Part shown: positions 51,014-61,272 of the stretch, piece by piece
Numbering within the stretch: the first letter of the stretch is position 1
How the letters are laid out: each line of letters starts with the position of its first letter
Source: an uncultured Gammaproteobacteria bacterium
GTDB taxonomy: Bacteria > Pseudomonadota > Gammaproteobacteria > Methylococcales > Methylomonadaceae
Length of the DNA: 64,000 nt
Direction: 5' to 3'
Assembly: GCA_963849195.1 (NCBI GenBank)
Contig: CAWKGQ010000020.1
Span: 36,811-100,810, forward strand
Made by a program: the position numbers and the translations under genes
The notes under the pieces: model-generated
What the model was told of the DNA's origin: nothing
The model's input: the letters and a program-made list of their open reading frames with translations, nothing else
The model's database searches: none

Positions 51014-51610
51014 ATGCCAAGAACATCTCAAAAACAAACTAATAGAGAAAACCTTTTAAGCCAAGGTGTAACTTTGCTCACGCAACAGGGTTATCATGGC
51101 ACTGGATTGAAAGAAATCCTGGATGCCGTAAGAATTCCTAAAGGCTCTTTCTACAATTATTTTGGCAGCAAAGAGCACTTTGCCGCGGAGGTCATTGAGT
51201 ACTATATAAACCCTTTCATAGATCAATTAAGCGGCCATTTACAAAATTCAGATAATGATGCCTTAAGCGCTTTACAGCGTTATTTCAATGAACTGATTAC
51301 AGAACTGGAAAAAGCAGAATTTAAAGGCGGTTGTTTATTAGGCAATTTAATGGGCGAAATCGGTGATACCAGTGAACTTTGTCAAAAATCCTTGCAATCG
51401 GCGGTTCATCGTTATCGGAACTTGTTGCAAATGGGTCTGCTCAAGGCACAACAAGAAGGCACCGTAAGAGCTGACAAATCCGTGGAAGACATGGCTGATC
51501 TATTGGTTAATATGTGGCAGGGCGCTTTATTGAGAATGAAAATTGAGCAATCATCAGCCCCTCTCAAACAATGTTGCAAGAATTTATTAGGTGATTTTTT
51601 TAAAGCCTAA
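51014..51610 (+). CDS. TetR-family regulator (NemR/AcuR-like)
   Basis: QGYHGTGLKEIL..IPKGSFYNYFGSKE, GCLLGN, WQGALLRMK. Confidence 0.92.
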   Translation: MPRTSQKQTNRENLLSQGVTLLTQQGYHGTGLKEILDAVRIPKGSFYNYFGSKEHFAAEVIEYYINPFIDQLSGHLQNSDNDALSALQRYFNELITELEKAEFKGGCLLGNLMGEIGDTSELCQKSLQSAVHRYRNLLQMGLLKAQQEGTVRADKSVEDMADLLVNMWQGALLRMKIEQSSAPLKQCCKNLLGDFFKA

Positions 51611-51667
51611 TGTTATTATTTTATAAGACGACCAGTCGTTTTTTAACACCAACCAGGAGACTTTACC

Positions 51668-51943
51668 ATGCCAAAATATATTATCGAGCGCGAAATTACC
51701 GGTGCCGGCTCATTAACAGCGCAGGATTTGCAAGGTATATCGCAAAAATCATGCGGCATCCTTAGTAATATGGGACCAAAAATTCAGTGGGTAGAAAGCT
51801 ATGTAACAGACGATAAAATCTATTGTGTCTACATCGCACCCGATGAAGCGACTGTAAAAGCACATGCTGAACAAGGTGGATTTCCAGCCAACCGTATTTC
51901 CCAGATTAAAGTCATGATTGACCCCACTACTGCCGAAAGCTAA
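51668..51943 (+). CDS. DUF4242 (SCO4226-like) small protein
   Basis: MPKYIIERE, IQWVESYV..DKIYCVY.AP.E..V.AHA..GGFPANRI; AGGAG RBS. Confidence 0.85.
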   Translation: MPKYIIEREITGAGSLTAQDLQGISQKSCGILSNMGPKIQWVESYVTDDKIYCVYIAPDEATVKAHAEQGGFPANRISQIKVMIDPTTAES

Positions 51944-52012
51944 AACTCTTACCAATGGCACGAGCGCTTACAGAGCGCTCGTGAACCCAAATAATTATAA
52001 TATTGAGAGGAT

Positions 52013-53413
52013 ATGAGGATGAAAATAACAATCAAAAAATACAAGCAGCTGAATCACTTGATAAGTACTTGTGTATTTGCCGCATCAACACTTGTACTGT
52101 CTGGTATCGGCATGGCTTCCGTGCAAGCCGATGAAACTTGCCAATCACCCTACATGGCTAAAATTGTTGGACAAGAAGACTTTGTTTATGTTTGGACTCT
52201 GGGTGTTGAAGGCGTAGGCGATGAACAGGACAAACTGGTCACTGTAGACGTTAATCCCAAGTCACCCAATTACGGCAAGGTCGTCAACAGTCTTTCAGTT
52301 GGCGGACGCAATGAAGCCCATCACTCCGGTTATACCGATGATCGCCAGTATTTATGGGCGGGCTCGCTGGATACCAGCAAACTGTTTATTTTTGATGTCC
52401 ATACGGATCCCGCCAAGCCCAAATTAATCAAAACCATCACCGATTTTGTAGCGAAAAGCGGCGGAATAGTCGGGCCTCACACCACTTATGCCTTACCCGG
52501 CCGCATGATCATTACCGGACTGTCTAACAATAAAGATCACGGTGGCCGTACTGCCATCGTTGAATACACCAATGAGGGCGAATACATAGCTACGCACTGG
52601 ACACCCACCGACAGCAATCTTGAAGGCGCAACCAAAACGGGAAAATACGCCGACGGTTACGGTTATGACCTGCGTGTTTTGCCAAGGCGCAACCTGATGC
52701 TGACCTCATCGTTTACCGGTTGGTCCAACTACATGATGGATTTCGGTAAAATGCTCGCTGACCCTGAAGCCATGAAACGCTTTGGCAATACTGTAGTGCA
52801 ATGGAATTTGCACACCAAGCAAGCAAAAAAAGTCTTTGATGTTCCCGGTGCCCCGCTGGAAATCCGCTGCGCATGGGGCGAGAATCATAACTACTGCTTT
52901 ACCAGCACCGCCCTCACCTCAAAAATCTGGTTGATCTACGAAGACAAGGAAGGCGCATGGCAAGCCAAGGAAGTTGCCGACGTTGGCGAGCCCGGCAAAA
53001 TACCTTTACCTGTGGACATTTCCATACAAAGCGATGACAAAATGCTCTGGGTTAATACCTTTATGGACGGTAAAACCCGTGCCTTTGACATATCCGATCC
53101 ATTCAAACCGAAACAGGTGTTTGAGCAAAAAATCGGCGCACAAGTCAATATGGTGTCATCCAGCTGGGATGGCAAACGTCTTTATTACACCTCATCACTA
53201 CTGGCTAACTGGGATAAAAAAGGCGCTGATAACGAGCAGTTTTTAAAAGCTTATAACTGGGATGGCAAGCAGTTGAAAGAACAGTTTACAATAGACTTCA
53301 CCAAGGAAAAACTGGGCCGTGCGCATCAAATGGTCTTGAACGCATATTCGCTTTATAGCGCAAATAAACCAGCGGCATCGGAAAACCAGCTGTCGAGAGT
53401 GGATTTGAAATAG
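52013..53413 (+). CDS. mtoX: methanethiol oxidase (SBP56/selenium-binding family), periplasmic
   Basis: Signal peptide then DETCQSPY, VWTLG..GVGDEQDKLVT, EAHH, GPHT, SSFTGWSNYMMD, PLPVDISI, LANWDKK and LGRAH. These match the Cu-ligand histidines and TTQ tryptophans as I recall them from Hyphomicrobium MtoX. Confidence 0.9.
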   Translation: MRMKITIKKYKQLNHLISTCVFAASTLVLSGIGMASVQADETCQSPYMAKIVGQEDFVYVWTLGVEGVGDEQDKLVTVDVNPKSPNYGKVVNSLSVGGRNEAHHSGYTDDRQYLWAGSLDTSKLFIFDVHTDPAKPKLIKTITDFVAKSGGIVGPHTTYALPGRMIITGLSNNKDHGGRTAIVEYTNEGEYIATHWTPTDSNLEGATKTGKYADGYGYDLRVLPRRNLMLTSSFTGWSNYMMDFGKMLADPEAMKRFGNTVVQWNLHTKQAKKVFDVPGAPLEIRCAWGENHNYCFTSTALTSKIWLIYEDKEGAWQAKEVADVGEPGKIPLPVDISIQSDDKMLWVNTFMDGKTRAFDISDPFKPKQVFEQKIGAQVNMVSSSWDGKRLYYTSSLLANWDKKGADNEQFLKAYNWDGKQLKEQFTIDFTKEKLGRAHQMVLNAYSLYSANKPAASENQLSRVDLK

Positions 53414-53453
53414 TCTGTTATAGCCGCAATAATTATTCGGATTTTTTCTTTAT

Positions 53454-53493
53454 GTAGGGTCTTTAGACGCAATTGTCGCGGCTAAAGGCGCTA
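53454..53493. repeat. degenerate REP doublet
   Basis: GTAGGGTCTTTAGACGCAATTGTCGCGGCTAAAGGCGCTA. Confidence 0.6.
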
Positions 53494-53738
53494 TTGCGAG
53501 ATCAAAAATCATGCCTAAGCGTGAACGTTAGAAATCATAAGTGGTGGCGGGCAGATTAAGGAAATCTGCCTCACAAATCAATGCTAACGTGTCATATCAG
53601 GCCACACAAACATAATTCTTAAGCCAAAGCCCTCCTCAGTAGCCCATTAATCGTCAGCTTCATTCTAAATTTGATGGTCTCTCCTTGAAAACCAATACTT
53701 TCAGATGCCATGGGACCATCTAAATCATTGTATGTTGA

Positions 53739-54143
<405 letters not shown>

Positions 54144-54161
54144 GTCGCTTAGGAAAGAACG

Positions 54162-55454
54162 ATGTCTTTTACTCCAACTAAAAAGCTGCTGTCAGGCTTA
54201 CCATTCCTTCCCGCTGTAGCTTTTGCGGATCAATTAAATCAAGCAAATACGGCCTGGATTTTAACCTCTACCGCCCTGGTTTTGTTTATGACCATTCCCG
54301 GCTTGTCATTGTTTTATGCCGGATTAGTCAGAAGCAAGAACGTGCTCTCGGTGTTAATGCAGTGTTTCGCCATTACCTGCATGGTTTCCATTCTTTGGTT
54401 GGCAGGCGTATACAGTTTGATTTTTGCCGATGGCGGCGAGTTGCAAAAATTTATCGGTGGAACATCCAAAGCCTTTCTTCCCGACATAAGCACAGCCACA
54501 TTAACAGGTGATATTCCGGAAACAGTTTTTTTCATGTTTGAAATGACTTTTGCCATTATTACCCCGGCTTTAATTGTTGGCGCTTTTGCCGAGCGCATGA
54601 AATTTTCGGCGATGCTATGGTTTAGTGGTTTATGGTTGATTATTGTTTATATACCGATTTGTCACTGGATATGGGGCGGCGGCTGGTTGGCTGATTTAGG
54701 CGTGATGGATTTTGCTGGCGGTATTGTTATTCATATCAATGCGGGTGTTGCCGCATTAGTGGCTGCCCTGGTTCTAGGGAAAAGAAAAGGTTTTCCAACT
54801 ACCGCTATGCCGCCGCACAATATGACCATGGTAGTAACAGGCGCAGGCATGTTATGGGTAGGCTGGTTTGGCTTTAATGCCGGCAGCGCTTTAACAGCAG
54901 ACGGACGTGCAGGAATGGCCATGTTGGTGACTCATATTGGCGCGGCTTCCGGGTCTTTAACCTGGATGTTTATTGAATGGAAGCGTTTTGGCAAGCCCAG
55001 TGTATTAGGTATAGTTACGGGTATGGTGGCGGGTTTAGGCACAATTACACCGGCTTCGGGTTTTGTTGGGCCTGCGGGTGCCTTGGTGATTGGCGTTACT
55101 GCCGGCTTTGTGTGTTTTTATGCCACCCAATACGTAAAACGCACCCTGATAATTGATGATTCTCTGGACGTATTCCCTGTTCATGGTGTTGGCGGCGTTA
55201 CCGGATCATTATTGACTGGCGTTTTTGCTGCCAGCAGTCTGGGTGGCCTGGGTCTGGCTGAAGGCGTTTCCATCATGGATCAGGTCAGCATTCAGGCTTT
55301 GGGTATTGTTGTAACGGCTTCCTGGAGTGCTTTATTCAGTTATCTGATTCTGAAACTATTGGATAAATGGATAGGACTGCGCGTGACACCTGATCAAGAG
55401 GTGCAAGGGCTTGATCAGGTTCTGCATGAAGAGACTGGCTACCTGGATTTATAA
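54162..55454 (+). CDS. amtB: ammonium transporter
   Basis: FYAGLVRSKN, AERMKF, DFAGGIVIH, GWFGFNAGS, DDSLDVFPVHG. Confidence 0.96.
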   Translation: MSFTPTKKLLSGLPFLPAVAFADQLNQANTAWILTSTALVLFMTIPGLSLFYAGLVRSKNVLSVLMQCFAITCMVSILWLAGVYSLIFADGGELQKFIGGTSKAFLPDISTATLTGDIPETVFFMFEMTFAIITPALIVGAFAERMKFSAMLWFSGLWLIIVYIPICHWIWGGGWLADLGVMDFAGGIVIHINAGVAALVAALVLGKRKGFPTTAMPPHNMTMVVTGAGMLWVGWFGFNAGSALTADGRAGMAMLVTHIGAASGSLTWMFIEWKRFGKPSVLGIVTGMVAGLGTITPASGFVGPAGALVIGVTAGFVCFYATQYVKRTLIIDDSLDVFPVHGVGGVTGSLLTGVFAASSLGGLGLAEGVSIMDQVSIQALGIVVTASWSALFSYLILKLLDKWIGLRVTPDQEVQGLDQVLHEETGYLDL

Positions 55455-55478
55455 GAGTTTTAATAGGTTGCGAGGGTG

Positions 55479-55509
55479 AAAAAGGCGGTCTTGGAGGTCG
55501 CCTTTTTTT
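55479..55509 (+). terminator. intrinsic terminator after amtB
   Basis: AAAAAGGCGGTC..GGTCGCCTTTTTTT. Confidence 0.75.
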
Positions 55510-55555
55510 GTTATGCTGAAGATAATATTGATTAAGTTTCACTGGGCGCACACTT

Positions 55556-58500
55556 ATGGAAATAAGACACATAATATCCAAAATTAAAAAGCCTTTTTTT
55601 ATAACCGGCGGTCTTTTGGTTATTTATACCGTGGTTGTCGTTTATATCCTGCCATCCGTTTTAAAGTCGAAAATACCTGAAATTATCCTGCAAGAAACAG
55701 GAAGAAAAGCATTAATTTCAAAAATTCAGGTTCAGCCATTTCCCTTGTCTGTCAATGTGCAGGGGTTTGAAATTCAGGAGCATAATGGCCAGCCATTTGC
55801 CGCTTTCGATGTTTTTTATATCAAAATAGGGCTGTTCCAATCAATCAAGCAATTGGCGCTGGTTTTTGATGAAATGTCTCTAAAAAAGCCATTCGTTCAT
55901 CTCGCCAAACAAAAGAACGGAACATTGAATTTCCAGGATATGTTCAAGGCCAAAGCGGATGATAAGAAAGAGGAGGATGATCAAGCATTTCCTGTCAATA
56001 TTGCTAAATTATCCCTAACAGGAGGAAAACTGGTATGGGAAGATACCAGTTTTGCCAAGCCTGTTATCGAAGATATTGATCCTATCGATTTCGATATAGA
56101 AAATTTTACGACTCATCCTGACAAGCAAGCCCGTTTGGGTTTGTCGCTGGCGCTGAAATCAGGAGGGCATTTGGACTGGAAGGGCACAGCTAGCATAAAA
56201 CCACTGTCTTCAGAAGGACATATCAAGTTTGATAAGGTAACCCTGGAAAGGATTATGGCGCTGGCTTTACCCGATACGATGCCTTTTAATTTAAAAGGAT
56301 ATGAACTGCTAGATGCGGATTATAAGGCCAGTTACACTAAAGACGGTTTGAAGTTGTTTGTCAATAAGGGCGGCTTTGAAATTCGCGATTTTCAGTTTTT
56401 AGAAAAAAGCCGGAACAAAACACTGATTAAAATGCCCGTTTTTGCTTTACAAGGAATCGATTTTGATTTTGAGAAACAAGAACTTCTTATTGACTCCGTT
56501 TCAGCCAATGATGCCGATTTTCAGGCGTGGTTGAATGCTCAAGGAGTCATTAACTACCAGACCTTATTTCCTGCTTCTAAACCCGGTAACACTAGCGCCA
56601 ACACAACCGAGCCCAAAGCAGCGCCTTGGAAAATCAAGGTTAACTCTATTGCATTAAATAATTTTGGCGTTGCGTTTGAAGACCAGACCATGAAAAAGCC
56701 GGTGGTTATGAATCTTAAACCGATCAATTTCAAGCTGGCCAATTATAGTAGTGATGCCGGCGCAACCGCGCCTTTCCAGCTGAGCACCGGATTTAATAAA
56801 AGCGGATTAATAACGTTAAATGGCCATGCCGTTATACAGCCTTTTTCCGCAAAAGTTGCTGTTGATGCCAAGGGCATCGCTCTGGAAAACTTTCAAGCTT
56901 ATTTAAACAAATTTGCCAGGCTGGATGTTATTGACGGAAAGTTAACTATCAATGGCAATGCTGTTGTCGCTTCACCGAAAAAAGATCAGCTGGATGTCAC
57001 TTTTAAAGGCAATGCCGGGATCGCGAGTTTATTAATACGTGACCAAGTGGTTAAAGAAAAAAGTCGAAATAAAGATTTGGTTAAAATCCCTGTGTTTGCT
57101 TTGAAGGGAATTGATTTTAATTTGGGCAGCCAGGAACTGGTGCTGGACTCTATTTCAGCAAATAATGCTGAAATAGAGGCATGGTTGGATCCCGAAGGTG
57201 TGATTAATTATCAAGCCTTGCTTTCGATTAGTAAATCGGAAGCAATCAGTATTGATAAAGCCGTAGAGAATACTGTCAAACCTCAAACAGCAACATGGAA
57301 AATCAAGGTCAACAACATGGCCTTAACTGATTTTGGGCTTAACTTTGAGGATCAGACGCAGAAAAAGCCCGTAGCAATGAACTTTAAACCAATCAATTTT
57401 AAGCTGAAAAATTATAGCAATACAAGTGGCTCCAATTTGCCCGTCCAGCTCAGCATCGGAACGATTAAAACCGGATTGATAACAATTAAGGGCGATACCG
57501 TTATCGAACCCCTTTCCGCTAAATTGGATCTGGATATGAAAAATATCGGCCTGGAACAATTTCAACCTTATTTCGATAACTTTGTACGGCTGGATGTCGA
57601 AGACGGCACATTACATATGGATGGTAAAGTCTCTGTCGGTAAACAAAGCCCGGATAAACTGGATGTTAAATTTAAGGGCAATACCGGAATTGCCAGTTTA
57701 TTGACTCGTGATCAAAAACTTCATAAGGACTTGATTAGCTGGGAAGACTTGACTTTAAAAGACGTTGCGATGGATTTGTTGGCAAATCGTTACACCGCGG
57801 CAGCGCTGGTTATTGATAAGCCTTATGCCAGGGTGACTATCAGGAAAGACAAAACAATTAACTTGAATGACATTGTAATTAACGGAAATAGTAAACCCGA
57901 GGCCCCCGCTAAATTAGCAAAGAATAAACAAACCGGGTTGAACAAACCTTATTTTAAATTGGGCAAAATTCAAGTAGTGGATGGCTCTTCGGACTTTTCC
58001 GACCTTTCCTTAATTATGCCCTTTGCGGCACCCATTAAAAGCCTGGACGGCGGTGCAAGCGGCTTTTCCTCTGAACAAAAATCAATAGTGACGGTTGCTT
58101 TAAAAGGTGATGCCTACGATTTATCCCCTGTCGATGTCAAGGGTGAAATTAGTCCTTATCTGGGCGATTACAAGGTAGAAATCAATTTTGATGGCCTTCC
58201 GATGCCATTGATATCTCCATATATGGTGCAATTCGCCGGCTATAAAGTTGAAAAAGGCAAGCTGACGCTGGGATTAAAATATAATGTTGTTAATAGAAAA
58301 TTGACTGCATCAAACAGTATTTTCATTGATCAATTCGAATTGGGAGAAAAAGTTGACAATCCGAATGCCGTTTCGTTGCCACTTGAACTGGCGGTGGCTC
58401 TGCTGAAGGATTCGAGCGGTAAAATAAAACTGGATGTTCCCATTACCGGCAGTCTGGATGATCCGAAATTTAGTGTAGGGGCAATTGTTGCCGATGCGTT

Positions 58501-59152
58501 GATGAATGTGATCAGCAAAGTGGTTACTTCACCTTTTCGTGCGCTGGGTTCTTTAATAGGCAGTAAAGAAGACATGAGCACGATCAATTTTGCCGCGGGT
58601 AATTCGTCATTGGACAAGCAACAACAGGCAAAACTGGATACCTTGGCCAAGGCACTGAAAGACCGACCGGTTTTAAGTCTGGACATTAAAGGCGCTGCTT
58701 TTGAAGAACAGGATTGGCCGGTTATTAGAGAAGATGCATTATATGATCAACTTAAAAAACGCAGAGCCGCCGAGATTAATAAAAACGCCGAGAAAAAAAT
58801 ACGCGATGAATATGTCGAACTTTCGGATGATGACTACAAACGTTTATTAGCGGATATGTTTATTGAGAAGTTTCCTCTATTGGCGGAAAAATCATTTTTA
58901 GGTACGCCGCAATTGATGAATCCCAAAGCAGGTGATTTTTACGAAGTCGCCAAGCAGAAGTTATTTACCATTGTTAAGGCGGAGGAGGGACGCCTTAAAA
59001 ACCTCGGATCGGATCGTGCACAAGCTATTGCAAATTATGTCGTTAAGAAGGGTGGAGTACCGAGCGAGCGGGTATTTATTCTCGATACAGTGGTTGATCC
59101 TGAAAGAGACAATAAAGAGATTGCTAGTAAATTGTCGTTAAAAACAAATTGA
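55556..59152 (+). CDS. DUF748 (AsmA-like) protein with internal tandem duplication
   Basis: N-terminal TM, repeated beta-rich units, SPY..FAGY..EKGKL, LPLELAVALLKD..G.I.LDVPITGSLDDPKFS, OmpA-like tail. Confidence 0.88.
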   Translation: MEIRHIISKIKKPFFITGGLLVIYTVVVVYILPSVLKSKIPEIILQETGRKALISKIQVQPFPLSVNVQGFEIQEHNGQPFAAFDVFYIKIGLFQSIKQLALVFDEMSLKKPFVHLAKQKNGTLNFQDMFKAKADDKKEEDDQAFPVNIAKLSLTGGKLVWEDTSFAKPVIEDIDPIDFDIENFTTHPDKQARLGLSLALKSGGHLDWKGTASIKPLSSEGHIKFDKVTLERIMALALPDTMPFNLKGYELLDADYKASYTKDGLKLFVNKGGFEIRDFQFLEKSRNKTLIKMPVFALQGIDFDFEKQELLIDSVSANDADFQAWLNAQGVINYQTLFPASKPGNTSANTTEPKAAPWKIKVNSIALNNFGVAFEDQTMKKPVVMNLKPINFKLANYSSDAGATAPFQLSTGFNKSGLITLNGHAVIQPFSAKVAVDAKGIALENFQAYLNKFARLDVIDGKLTINGNAVVASPKKDQLDVTFKGNAGIASLLIRDQVVKEKSRNKDLVKIPVFALKGIDFNLGSQELVLDSISANNAEIEAWLDPEGVINYQALLSISKSEAISIDKAVENTVKPQTATWKIKVNNMALTDFGLNFEDQTQKKPVAMNFKPINFKLKNYSNTSGSNLPVQLSIGTIKTGLITIKGDTVIEPLSAKLDLDMKNIGLEQFQPYFDNFVRLDVEDGTLHMDGKVSVGKQSPDKLDVKFKGNTGIASLLTRDQKLHKDLISWEDLTLKDVAMDLLANRYTAAALVIDKPYARVTIRKDKTINLNDIVINGNSKPEAPAKLAKNKQTGLNKPYFKLGKIQVVDGSSDFSDLSLIMPFAAPIKSLDGGASGFSSEQKSIVTVALKGDAYDLSPVDVKGEISPYLGDYKVEINFDGLPMPLISPYMVQFAGYKVEKGKLTLGLKYNVVNRKLTASNSIFIDQFELGEKVDNPNAVSLPLELAVALLKDSSGKIKLDVPITGSLDDPKFSVGAIVADALMNVISKVVTSPFRALGSLIGSKEDMSTINFAAGNSSLDKQQQAKLDTLAKALKDRPVLSLDIKGAAFEEQDWPVIREDALYDQLKKRRAAEINKNAEKKIRDEYVELSDDDYKRLLADMFIEKFPLLAEKSFLGTPQLMNPKAGDFYEVAKQKLFTIVKAEEGRLKNLGSDRAQAIANYVVKKGGVPSERVFILDTVVDPERDNKEIASKLSLKTN

Positions 59153-59199
59153 TCTAAAAACCATCTGTTTACTTAATAAGCAATTTGAAAGCCCCCGTT

Positions 59200-59320
59200 C
59201 ACCGCCGAGAACAGAGTTCACAAAGAAAAGTCATCGAACTGGAAAGAAACCCTTCCTTTACGGAATTATGGATAAATTCTAATGATTTTATTTCTCTGTA
59301 AACTCTGTGCTTCTGTGGTG
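59200..59320. repeat. imperfect inverted-repeat element with CACAGAG-type arms
   Basis: CACCGCCGAGAACAGAGTTCACAAAGAAA ... TTTCTCTGTAAACTCTGTGCTTCTGTGGTG. Confidence 0.6.
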
Positions 59321-59586
59321 CGTAATTGCTTTTTGTAGGATAATGGATTGAAAAGGCTTTAACATTTTATTCATGATGAGCGCGAAGTTTTATGTTTTTC
59401 AGCGTAATTTTCGCGTACTGTGTGGTAAATGAGCATAAATAATTTGTTCTTTGTTAATTAACTTTTGGTTGCCCGTTAAAGATTCAGCTGAATTATTAAA
59501 TACGGGCAGAAATTATCAATAATGTCTCCTCGTCTATCAATAGATACTTCCTGATAGATGGGATCCCTTAAAGAGTGGAAATAATA

Positions 59587-61272
59587 ATGGCCTATCAGTC
59601 ATTGCTAAAAATATTACAAAAAAGGGATAAACTTTCAGCTTCGGAATTGAAAAAAGTTGAGCGGGTTAAAAAAACTTCGGCATCAGAAAGCTTACCACAG
59701 TTACTAGTTAAACTGGGCTTATGTTCCGAACTCGATGTGGCTGATGCGTTTGTCGAATCTGGCCAGTTTGAGAAAGTTACATCGGATCAGTACCCCTTGG
59801 AAATGCAGTTGCCTGACACGGTGTCTTTGCGTTTTTTAAAGAACTATCATGTCATTGGTTTAAGTCATACTGAGGATAATATTACCGTAGCCATGATGGA
59901 TCCAGAAGATCAGTTTAATATTGATGCGCTAGGATTGGCGACAGGAAAGCGTATTACTGCCAAAGTGGGTTTACTTTCAGAAATTGATGCGGCACTTGAT
60001 GTTCAATATGGCGAAGAACGGTCAAAAATGGATAAGCTGGTTGATGACTTGGCCGTTGATGATCTGGGCGAAGAAGATTTAGAACATTTAAAAGATTTGG
60101 CCAGTGAAGCTCCCGTTATCAAAATGGTCAATTTGATTATGCAGCGGGCGATTGAAACCAAGGCATCAGACATACACATAGAACCCTTTGAGCAAACCTT
60201 GAAAATCAGACTGCGCGTGGACGGAGTGTTGCAGGAAATTGATGCGCCAAACGTAAAATCAACGGCAGCAGTGATTTCACGTATCAAGATTATGGCTAAA
60301 CTGAATATTGCCGAACGGCGATTGCCTCAGGATGGTCGAATCAAGGTGCAAATGTTGGGTAAAGAGCTGGATTTACGGGTGTCGACCATACCCACCATGT
60401 ACGGCGAAAGCGTGGTTATCCGCTTACTGGATAAGGAAAATACGGTACTGGATTTTGCCGCATTGGGTTTTGCCGGCCGGCATTTACAACAGTTTATCGA
60501 TGTATTATCGCAGCCGCATGGCATTATTCTTATTACCGGCCCCACGGGTAGCGGTAAGTCCACAACGATGTATGCAGCGTTGAAGCAACTGAATACCTCG
60601 GAACGAAAAATTATTACCGTTGAAGACCCGGTAGAATATCAGATGGAAGGAATTAATCAAATTCAGGCAAAACCACAGATAGGTTTAACCTTTGCCTCGG
60701 CCTTGCGTTCAATTGTCCGGCAAGACCCCGATGTTATTATGATTGGTGAAATGCGTGATCTGGAAACAGCACGAATTGCCGTACAATCGGCCCTCACCGG
60801 GCATTTGGTGTTATCCACCCTACATACCAATGACGCGGCTGGCGGGATAACGCGCTTGCTTGATATGGGCCTGGAGGAGTATTTGCTCACCTCTACCGTC
60901 AACGGCATATTAGCGCAACGCCTGGTTAGAAAACTATGTCCAGCTTGTAAAGAAAGCTATGTTGCCTCACCCGAAATCATTAAAGATCTGCGCTTGAGAC
61001 GATTTGTACCCGATGGTGAAATTGTTTTATACAAACCGGTCGGTTGTTCCGCTTGTACGGGCATGGGCTACCGTGGACGACTGGCTATTATTGAGTTTTT
61101 GCCCATGACCGATCCTATACGTAAATTAATTATGGCGCATGAAGAAGCTGGAGCTATTCAAAAACTTGCCATTGCCGAAGGCATGCAGACTCTTTATGAA
61201 AATGGTTTGGTTAAGGTGATACAAGGTATTACTACCCTGGAAGAAGTGATGCGGGTCACCTCGGAAACATAG
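59587..61272 (+). CDS. gspE: type II secretion ATPase
   Basis: ASDIHIEP, ERRLPQDGR, GPTGSGKS, VEDPVE, RQDPDVIMIGEMRD, tetra-Cys motif. Confidence 0.95.
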   Translation: MAYQSLLKILQKRDKLSASELKKVERVKKTSASESLPQLLVKLGLCSELDVADAFVESGQFEKVTSDQYPLEMQLPDTVSLRFLKNYHVIGLSHTEDNITVAMMDPEDQFNIDALGLATGKRITAKVGLLSEIDAALDVQYGEERSKMDKLVDDLAVDDLGEEDLEHLKDLASEAPVIKMVNLIMQRAIETKASDIHIEPFEQTLKIRLRVDGVLQEIDAPNVKSTAAVISRIKIMAKLNIAERRLPQDGRIKVQMLGKELDLRVSTIPTMYGESVVIRLLDKENTVLDFAALGFAGRHLQQFIDVLSQPHGIILITGPTGSGKSTTMYAALKQLNTSERKIITVEDPVEYQMEGINQIQAKPQIGLTFASALRSIVRQDPDVIMIGEMRDLETARIAVQSALTGHLVLSTLHTNDAAGGITRLLDMGLEEYLLTSTVNGILAQRLVRKLCPACKESYVASPEIIKDLRLRRFVPDGEIVLYKPVGCSACTGMGYRGRLAIIEFLPMTDPIRKLIMAHEEAGAIQKLAIAEGMQTLYENGLVKVIQGITTLEEVMRVTSET

